Origin: an uncultured bacterium
GTDB lineage: Bacteria; Patescibacteriota; Minisyncoccia; Phycocordibacterales; Phycocordibacteraceae
Length of the DNA stretch: 42,074 nucleotides
NCBI GenBank assembly: GCA_937879955.1
Contig: CALFMK010000001.1
Coordinates: forward strand, 157,504 to 199,577
Direction of reading: 5' to 3'
The notes under the pieces were generated by a model. It searched no databases, was not told where the DNA came from, and was given only the letters and a program-made list of their open reading frames with translations. Below, one piece after another: positions 9,853 to 18,512 of the stretch (positions are counted from its first letter, which is position 1; every line of letters starts with the position of its first letter). The position numbers were made by a program, and so were the translations under genes.

Positions 9853-11409
9853 CTATGCGGAGCGCGACACGAACGTATCGAGCGCAGCGCGGAGGTCCTT
9901 CTCGGTGGACTCAGAGATCTCCTTCGTGGTGCGGATCGCGGCCAGGACGCCGGTCGCCTCGCGGCTGAGGAAGTCCTGGAGGCGCTCCTCGGCCTTCGAA
10001 GTGTCGCTCGGAGCGAAGCCGTCGAAGTACCCGTTCACGGCCGCGAAGATAACCGCGGACTCCATCTCGAAGGCGATAGGCTTGCCATTGGGCTGCTTCA
10101 ACATCTCCGTCATGCGGCTTCCGCTGTCGATCTGCTTCTTGGTGTTCGCGTCGAGGTCCGAGGAGAACTGCATGAACGCCTCGAGCTCGCGGAACTGGGC
10201 AAGCTCGAGCTTGATCTTGCCGGAGACCTTCTTCATGGCCTTCGTCTGCGCGGCCGATCCCACGCGGGACACGGACACGCCCACGTTGATAGCCGGGCGC
10301 AGACCCTTGTTGAAGAGGTCCGCCTCGAGGAAGATCTGGCCGTCCGTGATGGAGATCACGTTCGTCGGGATGAATGCGGAGATGTCGTTATCCTGCGTCT
10401 CGATGATCGGGAGCGCGGTGATGGAGCCGCCGCCCTTCTCCTTGGAGAGCTTCGCTGCGCGCTCGAGGAGGCGGGAGTGGAGGTAGAACACGTCTCCCGG
10501 GTACGCCTCGCGGCCTGGCGGACGGCGCAGGAGGAGCGAGAGCTGGCGGTATGCGACGGCCTGCTTCGAGAGGTCATCGTAGACGACGAGCGCGTCCTTG
10601 CCCTGCTCCATGAAGTGCTCCGCGATCGCGGCGCCTGCGAACGGTGCGAGGAACTGGTACGCGGCCGGGCTCGATGCCGGCGCCGTGACGACGATGGTGT
10701 AGTCCATCGCGCCGGCCTCGGTGAGCTGGCCCACGATGCGCGCAGTCTTCGACTCCTTCTGGCCGATGGCGACGTACACGCAGATCGGGCGCGTCTCCGC
10801 GTTCTCCGACTTCTGGTTGAGGATGGTGTCGACGGCGATGGTCGTCTTTCCGGTGCCGCGGTCACCGATGATGAGCTGGCGCTGGCCGCGTCCGATCGGG
10901 GTCATGGCGTCGATCGCCTTGATGCCCGTATGCAGCGGCTGGTTCACCGGGGAGCGGTCCATGACGCCGTACGCCTCACGCTCGATCGGGCGGAACGCAG
11001 AAGCCCTGGTCGGACCCTTGCCGTCCACCGGCTCGCCGAGCGGGTTCACGACGCGTCCGACGAGCGAGTCGCCTACCGGGATGGAGAGGAGGCGGCCGAT
11101 GCGTCGCACGAGCATGCCCTCGTAGACCTTCGAGGAGTCGCCGAGGATAACGGCGCGGACGCCGTCCTCCTCGAGGTTGAGCACGAGACCGTACACAGGA
11201 GCCGCATCCTTGAGGGCCTCCTCGAGGGTGCGGTCGAACGTCGGGTCGAAGAGCACCATCTCCGACATGATGGCGTTCTCGAGGCCGTCTATCTCGGCGA
11301 TGCCGTCGCCCGTAGCACGGACGATGCCGGTCTCTGTCTCTACGCCCGCGACCTTCGCCCCGTTGAGGGACGCGATCTCGGACTCGATGCGCTTGATGAT
11401 GCTATCCAT
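9853..11409 (-). CDS. atpA: F1 ATP synthase alpha subunit.
   Basis: 518 aa. [15 protein letters not shown] (Walker A), ..[46 protein letters not shown].. Confidence 0.98.
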   Translation of the reverse strand: MDSIIKRIESEIASLNGAKVAGVETETGIVRATGDGIAEIDGLENAIMSEMVLFDPTFDRTLEEALKDAAPVYGLVLNLEEDGVRAVILGDSSKVYEGMLVRRIGRLLSIPVGDSLVGRVVNPLGEPVDGKGPTRASAFRPIEREAYGVMDRSPVNQPLHTGIKAIDAMTPIGRGQRQLIIGDRGTGKTTIAVDTILNQKSENAETRPICVYVAIGQKESKTARIVGQLTEAGAMDYTIVVTAPASSPAAYQFLAPFAGAAIAEHFMEQGKDALVVYDDLSKQAVAYRQLSLLLRRPPGREAYPGDVFYLHSRLLERAAKLSKEKGGGSITALPIIETQDNDISAFIPTNVISITDGQIFLEADLFNKGLRPAINVGVSVSRVGSAAQTKAMKKVSGKIKLELAQFRELEAFMQFSSDLDANTKKQIDSGSRMTEMLKQPNGKPIAFEMESAVIFAAVNGYFDGFAPSDTSKAEERLQDFLSREATGVLAAIRTTKEISESTEKDLRAALDTFVSRSA

Positions 11410-11412
11410 AAC

Positions 11413-11778
11413 CTAGTTCGTAATCTTCTGATAAAGGTCTACTAATGCCTGCTTCGCGGAACGGTCGGTGAGCGTTCCCTTCGAGCGGATGCGCCACCCC
11501 TTGATGAGGGACGGATTGATGACGGTGTCGGTCACGTCGATGCCGGCTGCCTTCGCTGATGCGATCGCATCAGCCGCTTCGGCCTCGCTCGCTATCTCGA
11601 TAACGGATCCGGACTTCGCATTCCGTGCATCGAGGGACTTGAGCTCGCGGAGTATGCCCGGAAGGAGCTTCGTGCGCCCCTCGCTCTTCAGGTGCTTCAT
11701 AAGGCCGGCGACGAGCGTCTCCTCGTCGGTCCCGTCCTGTATCGAGCGCGCGAGCGCGAGTGCGTACTCCTTTTCCAT
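11413..11778 (-). CDS. atpH: F1 ATP synthase delta (OSCP) subunit, shortened.
   Basis: 121 aa. Its position between atpF and atpA, plus a C-terminal INPSLIKGWRIRSKGTLTDRSAKQAL..L OSCP-like motif. Confidence 0.8.
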   Translation of the reverse strand: MEKEYALALARSIQDGTDEETLVAGLMKHLKSEGRTKLLPGILRELKSLDARNAKSGSVIEIASEAEAADAIASAKAAGIDVTDTVINPSLIKGWRIRSKGTLTDRSAKQALVDLYQKITN

Positions 11779-11780
11779 GG

Positions 11781-12227
11781 CTACTTGGAATCGCGGAGCA
11801 CCTTCTCCGCGGCGAGCACGGCGAGGCGCGCGATCTCCTTCTCGGAGTCGCGGAGCGCCTTCGCAGCGACCTCCTTCGCGCGGGCGTCAGCGTCTGATGC
11901 TACCGCGGCGGCACGGGTCTCGGCCTCCTTGAGGATGCGGGCCTTCTCGCTTCCCGCGAGGTCGCGGGCGGACGATACGATGCCCTCTGCCTCCGTCTCC
12001 GCGCCCTTCACGACCTTCGCCGCGTCGGCATCCGCGGTGGCGGCAGCCTCGGCAGCACGCTCGGCGTCGAGGACGCCCTGCGCGATCTTCGCCTTGCGCT
12101 CATCGAGCGTCTTCAGGACCGGCTTATAGAGCAGGTACGTGAGCGCGATGAAGAGCACGCCGAAGTTAACTATCTGCGCGAGCAGAAGCTTCCAGTCGAC
12201 ACCGAAGGTTTCGAGGAGCTGATCCAT
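11781..12227 (-). CDS. atpF: Fo ATP synthase b subunit.
   Basis: 148 aa. A single N-terminal TM helix, then a long A/E/K-rich helix. Operon position is consistent. Confidence 0.88.
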   Translation of the reverse strand: MDQLLETFGVDWKLLLAQIVNFGVLFIALTYLLYKPVLKTLDERKAKIAQGVLDAERAAEAAATADADAAKVVKGAETEAEGIVSSARDLAGSEKARILKEAETRAAAVASDADARAKEVAAKALRDSEKEIARLAVLAAEKVLRDSK

Positions 12228-12245
12228 AGGAGTCCGTACGGAGCG

Positions 12246-12473
12246 CTAGACGAAGCGGATGATGAACGAAACGACGATCGCGAGGATACCGAGCGCCTCG
12301 GCGAACACGATCGCGAGGATCATGTTGGAGACAACCTTGCCGGATGCCTCAGGATTGCGGCCGATGGCGTCCATGGCCTTGCTGCCGATCATGCCGATGC
12401 CGATAGCCGGACCGAAGACACCGAGGCCTGCGGCGATAGCCATTGCGAAGAGCTGTGCTGATTCTGCGTCCAT
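12246..12473 (-). CDS. atpE: Fo ATP synthase c subunit.
   Basis: 75 aa hairpin. ..GIGMIGSKAMDAIGRNPE.. loop and a carboxylate in ..AIVFAEALGILAIVV.. Confidence 0.95.
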   Translation of the reverse strand: MDAESAQLFAMAIAAGLGVFGPAIGIGMIGSKAMDAIGRNPEASGKVVSNMILAIVFAEALGILAIVVSFIIRFV

Positions 12474-12534
12474 AATGTATGTGTAAGGTTTTTAGATAAT
12501 TCTGCTCCATCCCGGAGCCGCATGGACACGAGAG

Positions 12535-13401
12535 CTAGTGACTCTCGTTCCCGTGCGGTTCCATGACAGCGAGCTTTATGAAGAACAGCGTCAGCATCGA
12601 GAACACGACGGCCTGGATGAACCCGACGAAGACCTCGAAGGCCATGAGGGGCACCGGCAGCAGGTACGCGAGGAAGAAGCCGACTACGACGAGCATCACC
12701 TCGCCCGCGAAGACGTTGCCGAAGAGACGGAACGAGAACGAGATGAGGCGGCCGATGTTCGATGCCAGCTCGATGATGCCCACCGCGAAGTTCACCGGTG
12801 AACTGAAATTAACATACTTACCGGCGTACTTGAAAAAGCCGAGCACCACGACGCCCGCGATCTCGATCACGAGGAACGCGATCACGGCGAGCGCGAGCGT
12901 CATGTTGAGGTCAGCGGCCGGCGCGCGCAGGAGCGGCACCGAGCTTCCCATGTGCTCGACGAGGAGCGAGCCCACGCCCGGAAGGAACGAGAGCTCGTTC
13001 GCCACGAGGACGAAGAGGAAGATCGTCATGATGAGCGGGAAGAACGCGCGCGCGAGCTTCTCGCTCTCGAGCGTCTCCGTCATGTAGTTAAGGACGCCGT
13101 CGAAGAGCATCTCGACGCCTGCCTGGAGCTTCCCTGGGATGAGCGCGAGCTTCTTGCGGAGGAAGAACGCGAACGCGATGAGCACGACAGTCGTGATGAC
13201 CGTCATGATGAGCGAGTTCGTTATCGGGAAGCCGAAGAGGTTGAAGACCTCCTCTGCCTTGAGGACCACGTGGATGCCCGACCCGTGCGCCGCCTCTGCG
13301 GCATGCTCTGCGCCCTCAGCCGCGTGCTCGGCGGCCTCCGTGGCAGCGTACGCTACCGGCGTAGTGAAAAATGACCCTATCTGGGCCAGTACCCCTGTCA
13401 T
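12535..13401 (-). CDS. atpB: Fo ATP synthase a subunit.
   Basis: ORF 12535..13488, trimmed to ATG 13401 because the upstream part overlaps tRNA-Ala. ..SFSFRLFGNVFAGEV.. carries the conserved Arg region of subunit a. Confidence 0.93.
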   Translation of the reverse strand: MTGVLAQIGSFFTTPVAYAATEAAEHAAEGAEHAAEAAHGSGIHVVLKAEEVFNLFGFPITNSLIMTVITTVVLIAFAFFLRKKLALIPGKLQAGVEMLFDGVLNYMTETLESEKLARAFFPLIMTIFLFVLVANELSFLPGVGSLLVEHMGSSVPLLRAPAADLNMTLALAVIAFLVIEIAGVVVLGFFKYAGKYVNFSSPVNFAVGIIELASNIGRLISFSFRLFGNVFAGEVMLVVVGFFLAYLLPVPLMAFEVFVGFIQAVVFSMLTLFFIKLAVMEPHGNESH

Positions 13402-13446
13402 GGAATCAGTGTAGCAGAGCGCTGGTATATAGACAAAAACCTGTTG

Positions 13447-13519
13447 TGGACCCAAGGGGACTCGAACCCCTCGCCTTACCCATGCCATGGGTACGCTCTA
13501 CCAGATGAGCTATGGGCCC
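13447..13519 (-). tRNA. tRNA-Ala (anticodon GGC), no encoded CCA.
   Basis: Hand-folded cloverleaf: GGGCCCA/TGGGTCC acceptor with G3:U70, D arm GCTC..GAGC, anticodon stem TACCC/GGGTA with loop AUGGCAU, and T arm AGGGG-TTCGAGT-CCCCT. Confidence 0.9.
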
Positions 13520-13531
13520 TTCCTTCCCACT

Positions 13532-14080
13532 CTACTTGGTCTTCTTGAGAGCCTCAAGGTCCGCAAGTACGCGCGCGACGTCCTTCGTGAGCTGCTCGAG
13601 GGTCTCGGCCTTCGTCGGCTTCTTCCCCTTAGGCTTATCCGCCTTCTTCTCCCTCGGCTCGCCATCGTCCTCCTCGTTCATCTCCTCGACGTCCTCCTGG
13701 ATCCCTTCGACGTCCTCCTGGATCTCGTCGATATCCTCGGAGATCTCCTCCAGGTCCTCCTGAATGTCCTCCATGTCCTCGCCGAGCTCCTCGACGTCCT
13801 CCTGGATCTCCTCGATGTCCTCCTCGACGTCCTTCAGGGACTGCGTGTGCCGGTTCACCGTTATCTGGATGAGGAGCGAGAGATAGATGGCTTCGAGGGA
13901 TACGAGCGTCGTGAGGACGAGCAGCATGCGGTCCCATTCGACGAGACCCGCGAGCGCGGCAAGGAAGCTCGCCGCGAATATGATCGTGTGCACCACGAGC
14001 GACTTCGTGGAGCCGATGCCCGCGACCACGAGCTCGACGCCGGTAGGCGGGACGACTTCTTTCGGCGTGGAGTCCTTCAT
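13532..14080 (-). CDS. DUF1003-like membrane protein with a repetitive acidic C-terminal tail.
   Basis: 182 aa. ..LLVLTTLVSLEAIYLSLLIQITVNRH.. resembles the DUF1003 core. The tail is DVEEDIEEIQEDVEELGEDMEDIQEDLEEISEDIDEIQEDVEGIQEDVEEM. Confidence 0.8.
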   Translation of the reverse strand: MKDSTPKEVVPPTGVELVVAGIGSTKSLVVHTIIFAASFLAALAGLVEWDRMLLVLTTLVSLEAIYLSLLIQITVNRHTQSLKDVEEDIEEIQEDVEELGEDMEDIQEDLEEISEDIDEIQEDVEGIQEDVEEMNEEDDGEPREKKADKPKGKKPTKAETLEQLTKDVARVLADLEALKKTK

Positions 14081-14179
14081 GCACTGACCGTAGCACTCGC
14101 GCGCGTCCGCTGTCGAGCGCGAGTTGTTCCTAACGCGCAGGTTTTACTCTTCATGGTTGGCGGATACAATACAGAGCAA

Positions 14180-15238
14180 ATGGCACCGACCCCGAGAAGG
14201 CCCCTGATGCCCCATTACCTTCCCATGCAGAAGAAGCGCAAGAACGCGCCGGTCGACCTGCGCTCCGCAGGATCCGGCATCGTGGTGCTCCTCCTGATCG
14301 GCCTCGGGCTCCTCTCCCTCCCAGGCCTCCTCACGTCCCAGATGAAGCTCGCCGCGAACGAGCCCGCGAAGCCGCCGTTCCCGTTCACGGTCGACCCGAT
14401 AAACGAGACCATCAAGGAGGACCCGGCCGTCGACGCGCTTTTCGGCGAGTCGAGCCAGGAGCTCGAGGCGGGCGCTTCCCTGGCCAACACCGCGGTGGTA
14501 TGGATCTCGAACCTCGTCTCCTCCATCCCGGGCTTCGCCATGCTCGCCGGCAGCGACATCGTCTTCGTCGACATCAAGTCCGGGTATCGCGAGGAGGAGG
14601 TCGCCCGCGCGTTCGGCCTAGCGCTCGACTGGACGAAGGCGGAGCAGGACGCGTTCCTCAAGCAGGTCCACAATACCGAGCCCATGCTCTCCGAAGGCGA
14701 GTTCGTCCCAGGCACCTACATGATGAGCGCGGCCGCGAACGCGTCCTACGTCCAGGAGCTTCTCGCGGACCGCTACGAGCGCGACATCGCATCCCGCTAC
14801 AGCCCTGAAGCGGAGCGCGTGCTCCCGCTCGAGCAGGCGCTCACCATCGCTTCCCTCCTCCAGCGCGAGACGCGCGACCCGTCCGAGATGCGCCTCATCT
14901 CCGGCATCATCTGGAACCGCCTCTGGGCCGGCATGAACCTGCAGATCGATGCCACGCTCCAGTATGCGAAGGCGAGCAACGGCGGCACCAAGTCCTGGTG
15001 GCCGACGCCCAAGCCCGCGGACAAGTACATCAAGTCCCCGTACAACACGTACCAGAACGAGGGCCTCCCGCCGGGCCCCATCTCGAACCCGTCCACCGAG
15101 GCCATCCTCGCGGCGCTCAACCCGAAGAAGACCGACTGCCTCTTCTATTTCCATGACCGCAAGGGCGACATGCACTGCTCGCCCGACTACGAGGGCCACG
15201 TGAAGGCTCTGAAGAAGGCGTACGGACAGGGCAAATAG
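14180..15238 (+). CDS. mltG: Endolytic murein transglycosylase MltG (YceG-like).
   Basis: This is the C-terminal two thirds of ORF 13487..15238. It has an N-terminal TM anchor, ..ASLLQRETRDPSEMRLISGIIWNRL..MNLQIDATLQYA and ..SPYNTYQNEGLPPGPISNPS. ATG 14180 is preferred (TACAAT 9 nt upstream). ATG 14207 and 14225 are alternatives. Confidence 0.9.
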   Translation: MAPTPRRPLMPHYLPMQKKRKNAPVDLRSAGSGIVVLLLIGLGLLSLPGLLTSQMKLAANEPAKPPFPFTVDPINETIKEDPAVDALFGESSQELEAGASLANTAVVWISNLVSSIPGFAMLAGSDIVFVDIKSGYREEEVARAFGLALDWTKAEQDAFLKQVHNTEPMLSEGEFVPGTYMMSAAANASYVQELLADRYERDIASRYSPEAERVLPLEQALTIASLLQRETRDPSEMRLISGIIWNRLWAGMNLQIDATLQYAKASNGGTKSWWPTPKPADKYIKSPYNTYQNEGLPPGPISNPSTEAILAALNPKKTDCLFYFHDRKGDMHCSPDYEGHVKALKKAYGQGK

Positions 15239-15267
15239 GAAAAGCGCTCCTTCTGGAGCGCTTTTCC
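15238..15267. terminator. Bidirectional intrinsic terminator (mltG / tspO convergent).
   Basis: ggaaaagcgctcc-ttct-ggagcgcttttcc, a perfect 13-bp stem followed by tgtttct. Confidence 0.85.
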
Positions 15268-15278
15268 TGTTTCTCGAG

Positions 15279-15749
15279 CTAGTTCAGGACCAGGAACCCG
15301 ATAGTGAGCGTCGTCGCGTACGACACCCACAGGAGATACGGCACCATGAGGTACGTCGCGAGCTTCGAGTGGCCCCAGTACAGGCGCATGAGGGCCACGA
15401 TGAGTCCGAGCAGCACGAGTATCACGAGCACCGAGAGCAGCAGCTCGTGCATGCCGAAGAACGCGATCGTCCAGAACGCGTTTACGAGGAGATGCGCGAG
15501 GAACAGCCATAGCGCGAGGAACTTCCCGGGCCTGGGGGAGCGCGATACCAGGTACGCAGCGACGCCCATGAGCACGTAGAGCGTGGTCCACACGGGGCCG
15601 AACACCCAGTTCGGCGGCGTCCATGACGGATGCACCACGGTCTGGTACCAACCCGTGATGCTGTCCATCGTCGAGAATGAGCCCGCGAAGCCGGCGAGAA
15701 GCGATACGCCGACGAAGAACGCGAGCGATAGGATATTTATGCGGCGCAT
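15279..15749 (-). CDS. tspO: TspO/MBR family tryptophan-rich sensory protein.
   Basis: 156 aa, five TM helices. ..WYQTVVHPSWTPPNWVFGPVWTTLYVLMGVAAYLV.. and ..LLWVSYATTL.. are typical TspO motifs. Confidence 0.93.
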   Translation of the reverse strand: MRRINILSLAFFVGVSLLAGFAGSFSTMDSITGWYQTVVHPSWTPPNWVFGPVWTTLYVLMGVAAYLVSRSPRPGKFLALWLFLAHLLVNAFWTIAFFGMHELLLSVLVILVLLGLIVALMRLYWGHSKLATYLMVPYLLWVSYATTLTIGFLVLN

Positions 15750-15752
15750 AGA

Positions 15753-16160
15753 TTAGTAGTGAAGGAAGCGGGTCACGATGTAATAGGCCGATACCGAGGT
15801 CACGGCCGTCGCGAGCGTGCCCCACAGGAGATCCACGAAGGTCAGCGGGAGCGGCCAGCCGGTCACGGTCGCGAGGTTCGTGAAGTCGTAGGCGGCGTAC
15901 GCGGCGAGTCCGAGGAACGCACCCACGAGGAATACCCGCAGGAGCGACGACTTCATGGCGACGGACGGCGCGAGCACGAAGAACGCGATGGCGAACGCGT
16001 AGATAACGTAGAACGCGAGCGCTGCCGGCCACACTACGTCCGGACGGAGCATGGAGCCGAGCTGCGAGCGGTAGAATCCGGCGCCGATGACCCCGATCCA
16101 GAGCAGGTCGAGGACGAGCATGATCGGGAACGCGATGGCGGCGAGGGTGAATAGCTGCAT
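15753..16160 (-). CDS. DUF2177-like membrane protein.
   Basis: 135 aa, four TM helices, 3 nt upstream of tspO. ..LDLLWIGVI...Y...LG.. and ..DLLWGT.. resemble DUF2177. Confidence 0.75.
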   Translation of the reverse strand: MQLFTLAAIAFPIMLVLDLLWIGVIGAGFYRSQLGSMLRPDVVWPAALAFYVIYAFAIAFFVLAPSVAMKSSLLRVFLVGAFLGLAAYAAYDFTNLATVTGWPLPLTFVDLLWGTLATAVTSVSAYYIVTRFLHY

Positions 16161-16248
16161 GGAAGTGGTGTTCTAGCCGGATAGAGGCCTCTCGGGAGAA
16201 GCGCGCCTCCCTATCATACCGCGCTATCATTTGGTATGGTTGCGAAGC

Positions 16249-16322
16249 GCACCCTTAGCTCAGTTGGTTAGAGCGTTCGCTTCACACGCGAAAGGTCGTT
16301 GGTTCGAATCCAACAGGGTGCA
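16249..16322 (+). tRNA. tRNA-Val (anticodon CAC), no encoded CCA.
   Basis: Hand-folded: acceptor GCACCCT/AGGGTGC, D arm GCTC-AGTTGGTTA-GAGC, anticodon stem TTCGC/GCGAA with loop UUCACAC, and T arm GTTGG-TTCGAAT-CCAAC. Confidence 0.9.
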
Positions 16323-16325
16323 CTA

Positions 16326-16769
16326 TTAGGCGTGATGGTACTTACCGCCCGAGCGGATGGACCAGGCGCGGTACAGCTGCTCCGCGACGATGAGCCGCAC
16401 GAGCATGTGCGGAAAGACGAGCGAGGAGAGCTTGAGCGTGCGGTCCGCACGGGCCTGCACGGCCTCTGAGACGCCGAACGCGCCGCCGATGACGAGTACG
16501 AGACGCTTCGTGCCCTCGTTGAGGTACGCATCGAGCATCGACGCGAGCGCGGGACTCTCGACGTCCTTTCCTCGCTCGTCGAACAGGATCACGGCATCCT
16601 CAGGCTTCACGAGCTTCAGGATCGCGGCACCTTCAGTCTCCTTGTCGCTTGGCGTCGGGAATACCCACTCCATAGGAAGCACCGTTGAGAGACGCTTCTC
16701 GTACTCGGCGATAGCGTCGCGGAATTCGGGCGCATGTGCCTTGCCAGGAGAAATGATCAACAGCTTCAT
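16326..16769 (-). CDS. rlmH: 23S rRNA (pseudouridine1915-N3)-methyltransferase RlmH.
   Basis: 147 aa SPOUT protein. ..VILFDERGK..S...A........G.KRLVLVIGGAFGVSE.V...AD..L.LS.LVFPH.LVRLIV.EQLYRA..I..G..YH. Confidence 0.93.
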   Translation of the reverse strand: MKLLIISPGKAHAPEFRDAIAEYEKRLSTVLPMEWVFPTPSDKETEGAAILKLVKPEDAVILFDERGKDVESPALASMLDAYLNEGTKRLVLVIGGAFGVSEAVQARADRTLKLSSLVFPHMLVRLIVAEQLYRAWSIRSGGKYHHA

Positions 16770-16865
16770 ATGCCGTGAGTATACACGGGCACAGGGCAGG
16801 TGCTTGACTCACGAACGAGCACCGCGCTACGGTAGCCTCCAGATCATTGCAAAGGAGGTAGTCAG

Positions 16866-17267
16866 ATGATCGGAATCGTCGAACACGAAATCTTCAGGGT
16901 CCGTTGGGGCACCCGCGTCGAGTCCCTTCGGGAGAATGTTCCTCGGTGGATCGAGTCGCTCAGCAAGGACGAGCGGCTCGTGATCGGAATCCTCGCCGCG
17001 AGCAAGGAATGGGAGCGCGATACGGTCATACCGAACTTCGCGCTCCCGGGCGACGTGTCCGCGTTCCTTGCCTGGCTCGATGCGTCCAGCCAAGCGATCG
17101 AGGGCACGGAAGCCATGAGCAAGCCGGAGACGCAATTCGTGCTCTGCATCGTCAGGTCGCCGGAATTCGACATCGAGGCCATCATCTCGCCCCGGCTCGA
17201 GTTCCCGCTCCGCTGCACGCTCCACGCGTATCGGAGCCTGATGCAGGACGTCGCGGCCGCGGCGTAG
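16866..17267 (+). CDS. Hypothetical protein (no recognisable family).
   Basis: 133 aa. A strong AAGGAGG SD lies 7 nt upstream of the ATG, and the gene has its own rho-independent terminator. Confidence 0.7.
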   Translation: MIGIVEHEIFRVRWGTRVESLRENVPRWIESLSKDERLVIGILAASKEWERDTVIPNFALPGDVSAFLAWLDASSQAIEGTEAMSKPETQFVLCIVRSPEFDIEAIISPRLEFPLRCTLHAYRSLMQDVAAAA

Positions 17268-17280
17268 TCGCGAACAAACG

Positions 17281-17320
17281 AGGCCGTCCGCTCATAGAGC
17301 GGACGGCCTTTCGAATTTTT
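17281..17320 (+). terminator. Rho-independent terminator.
   Basis: aggccgtccgctc-ata-gagcggacggcct, a 13-bp stem followed by ttcgaattttt. Confidence 0.88.
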
Positions 17321-17350
17321 AGAAACTGCGGAGGATCCTATATTTAGGAC

Positions 17351-17372
17351 AAAAGCCCCGAGAGGGGCTTTT
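17351..17372 (-). terminator. Hairpin 12 nt downstream of the tRNA-Ala(UGC) 3' end, a likely terminator of the ddl-tRNA transcript.
   Basis: aaaagcccc-gaga-ggggctttt, a 9-bp stem with flanking A/T runs. Confidence 0.7.
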
Positions 17373-17383
17373 GTGAACTTATG

Positions 17384-17456
17384 TGGACCGTACAGGATTC
17401 GAACCTGCGACCCCCTCTTTGCAAAAGAGGTGCTCTACCAACTGAGCTAACGGCCC
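17384..17456 (-). tRNA. tRNA-Ala (anticodon UGC), no encoded CCA.
   Basis: Hand-folded: acceptor GGGCCGT/ACGGTCC with G3:U70, D arm GCTC-AGTTGGTA-GAGC, anticodon stem CCTCT/AGAGG with loop UUUGCAA, and T arm GCAGG-TTCGAAT-CCTGT. Confidence 0.92.
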
Positions 17457-17475
17457 TTTCGGGAACTCCTGAACT

Positions 17476-18450
17476 TTATCGTCTCTTGCCGCGCAAGGCA
17501 AGGTCTACGAGGTGGGAGAGGAAATCCGGGAAGGATACCCCCACGGCCGCCAGGGACTTCGGCAGGAGGGACTCCGAGGTCATGCCTGGGAGGGTGTTCG
17601 TCTCGAGGAAATAGATGCCCTTGGGCGACACGATGAAATCGGAGCGCGAATAATGCCTGAGGCCGAGGCCCTCGTGCATCGCGCGCGCCATGCGCATGAG
17701 CTCCTCCTGGACCGGCTTCTGGAAGCGGCCTGGCACGATCTCCCGCGTAACTCCCGAGTACTTCGCGTGATACGAGAAGAAGTCCTTCTCCGGCGGGACG
17801 ATCTCGATGGGCGGGAGCGCGTAGAGCGCCTCGCCTCGGAGACCCTCTACGACGCCTGCCGTGGCTTCCGTGCCGCGGATGAGCTCCTCCACGAGCACGC
17901 CGCCAGCGCCGTTCGCAAGGAGCCCGTCTATGGCGTCCCGCACCGGCTGGAAACCACCGACGATCTGGATGCCCACCGACGAGCCCCAGCGCAGCGGCTT
18001 CACGATGACGGGCTGATGGAACGAGCGGACGATGTCTATCGCCGCCGCTTCCGTGTCACTGCCCTCCTCGACGAAGCGGTACTTGGGCGTGAGGAGGCCG
18101 AGATCCTTCGCGCACTCCTTCGTGAGGACCTTATGCATCGCGAGATAGGAGCCGAACGGATCGGAACCGGTGTATGGAACGCCGAAGCGCTCGAGCACCT
18201 TCTGCATCTCCCCGTCCTCGCCGTATTCGCCGTGCAGTCCCACGACCACGACGTCTACCGACGGCAGCACGCGCTCCGGAGAGGTTAGGCGCCCTTTCTC
18301 GTGCCAGAGACCCTCGCGGTCTATGTAGATATCGCGCGCCGTGAAGCGGTCGCTTGGGAGATGCTGGAGGATGGCATGCCCGGTCTTGAGCGAGACGTCA
18401 TGCTCCCTCGAAGGGCCTCCTCGCAGTACGCCGACGACCGTGCCTCGCAT
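17476..18450 (-). CDS. ddl: D-alanine--D-alanine ligase.
   Basis: ORF 17476..18471 (GTG). ATG 18450 is preferred (MRGTVVGVLRGGPSREHDVSLKTG..). The ATP-grasp core includes ..HGEYGEDGEMQKVLE..G.PYTGS.. and ..EIVPGRF..; the C-terminus is ETNTLPGMTSESLLPK. Confidence 0.95.
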   Translation of the reverse strand: MRGTVVGVLRGGPSREHDVSLKTGHAILQHLPSDRFTARDIYIDREGLWHEKGRLTSPERVLPSVDVVVVGLHGEYGEDGEMQKVLERFGVPYTGSDPFGSYLAMHKVLTKECAKDLGLLTPKYRFVEEGSDTEAAAIDIVRSFHQPVIVKPLRWGSSVGIQIVGGFQPVRDAIDGLLANGAGGVLVEELIRGTEATAGVVEGLRGEALYALPPIEIVPPEKDFFSYHAKYSGVTREIVPGRFQKPVQEELMRMARAMHEGLGLRHYSRSDFIVSPKGIYFLETNTLPGMTSESLLPKSLAAVGVSFPDFLSHLVDLALRGKRR

Positions 18451-18480
18451 ATGCAAAGAGTATAACAGCACAAAAGGTAA

Positions 18481-18512
18481 GGGCCGGATCTCTTGCTATC
18501 AAGATCCGGCCC
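18481..18512 (-). terminator. Hairpin followed by a T-tract on the minus strand, ~30 nt upstream of the ddl start. It may be a terminator or an attenuator.
   Basis: Minus strand: gggccggatcttg-atagc-aagagatccggccc (one 2-nt bulge) followed by ttacctttt. Confidence 0.6.

Noticed and set aside
12246-12473. Possible Na+-translocating c subunit.
   Set aside because: The Na+ signature (a Gln in helix 1, plus Glu-Ser/Thr in helix 2) is absent. The sequence reads GIGMIGSKA and FAEALGI, consistent with an ordinary H+-type c subunit.
13402-13488. N-terminal extension of the atpB ORF (MAWVRRGVRVPLG..).
   Set aside because: The extension overlaps the hand-folded tRNA-Ala(GGC) at 13447-13519. The internal ATG 13401 gives a normal subunit a.
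13680-13830. Repetitive DNA that might be mistaken for a CRISPR-like or tandem-repeat array.
   Set aside because: The repeats are short, degenerate and in frame within a coding sequence (the acidic tail). There are no unique spacers of regular length and no cas genes.
13487-14179. N-terminal 231 codons of the 583-aa plus-strand ORF fused to mltG.
   Set aside because: It is antisense to the DUF1003-like gene, where the L/D/V-rich repeat mirrors the acidic repeat. The real MltG begins after the divergent intergenic region at 14180.
15187-16230. A 347-aa minus-strand ORF spanning the tspO and DUF2177 genes.
   Set aside because: It is an alternative frame of two genes with clear family signatures. 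It is Arg/Pro/His-rich and crosses the 3-nt intergenic gap, so it is a frame artefact.
16249-17456. A tRNA-flanked segment (tRNA-Val ... tRNA-Ala) as a possible integrated island.
   Set aside because: It contains the core gene rlmH. There is no integrase, no direct repeat of a tRNA 3' end and no obvious compositional break. Only the 133-aa orphan gene is unusual.
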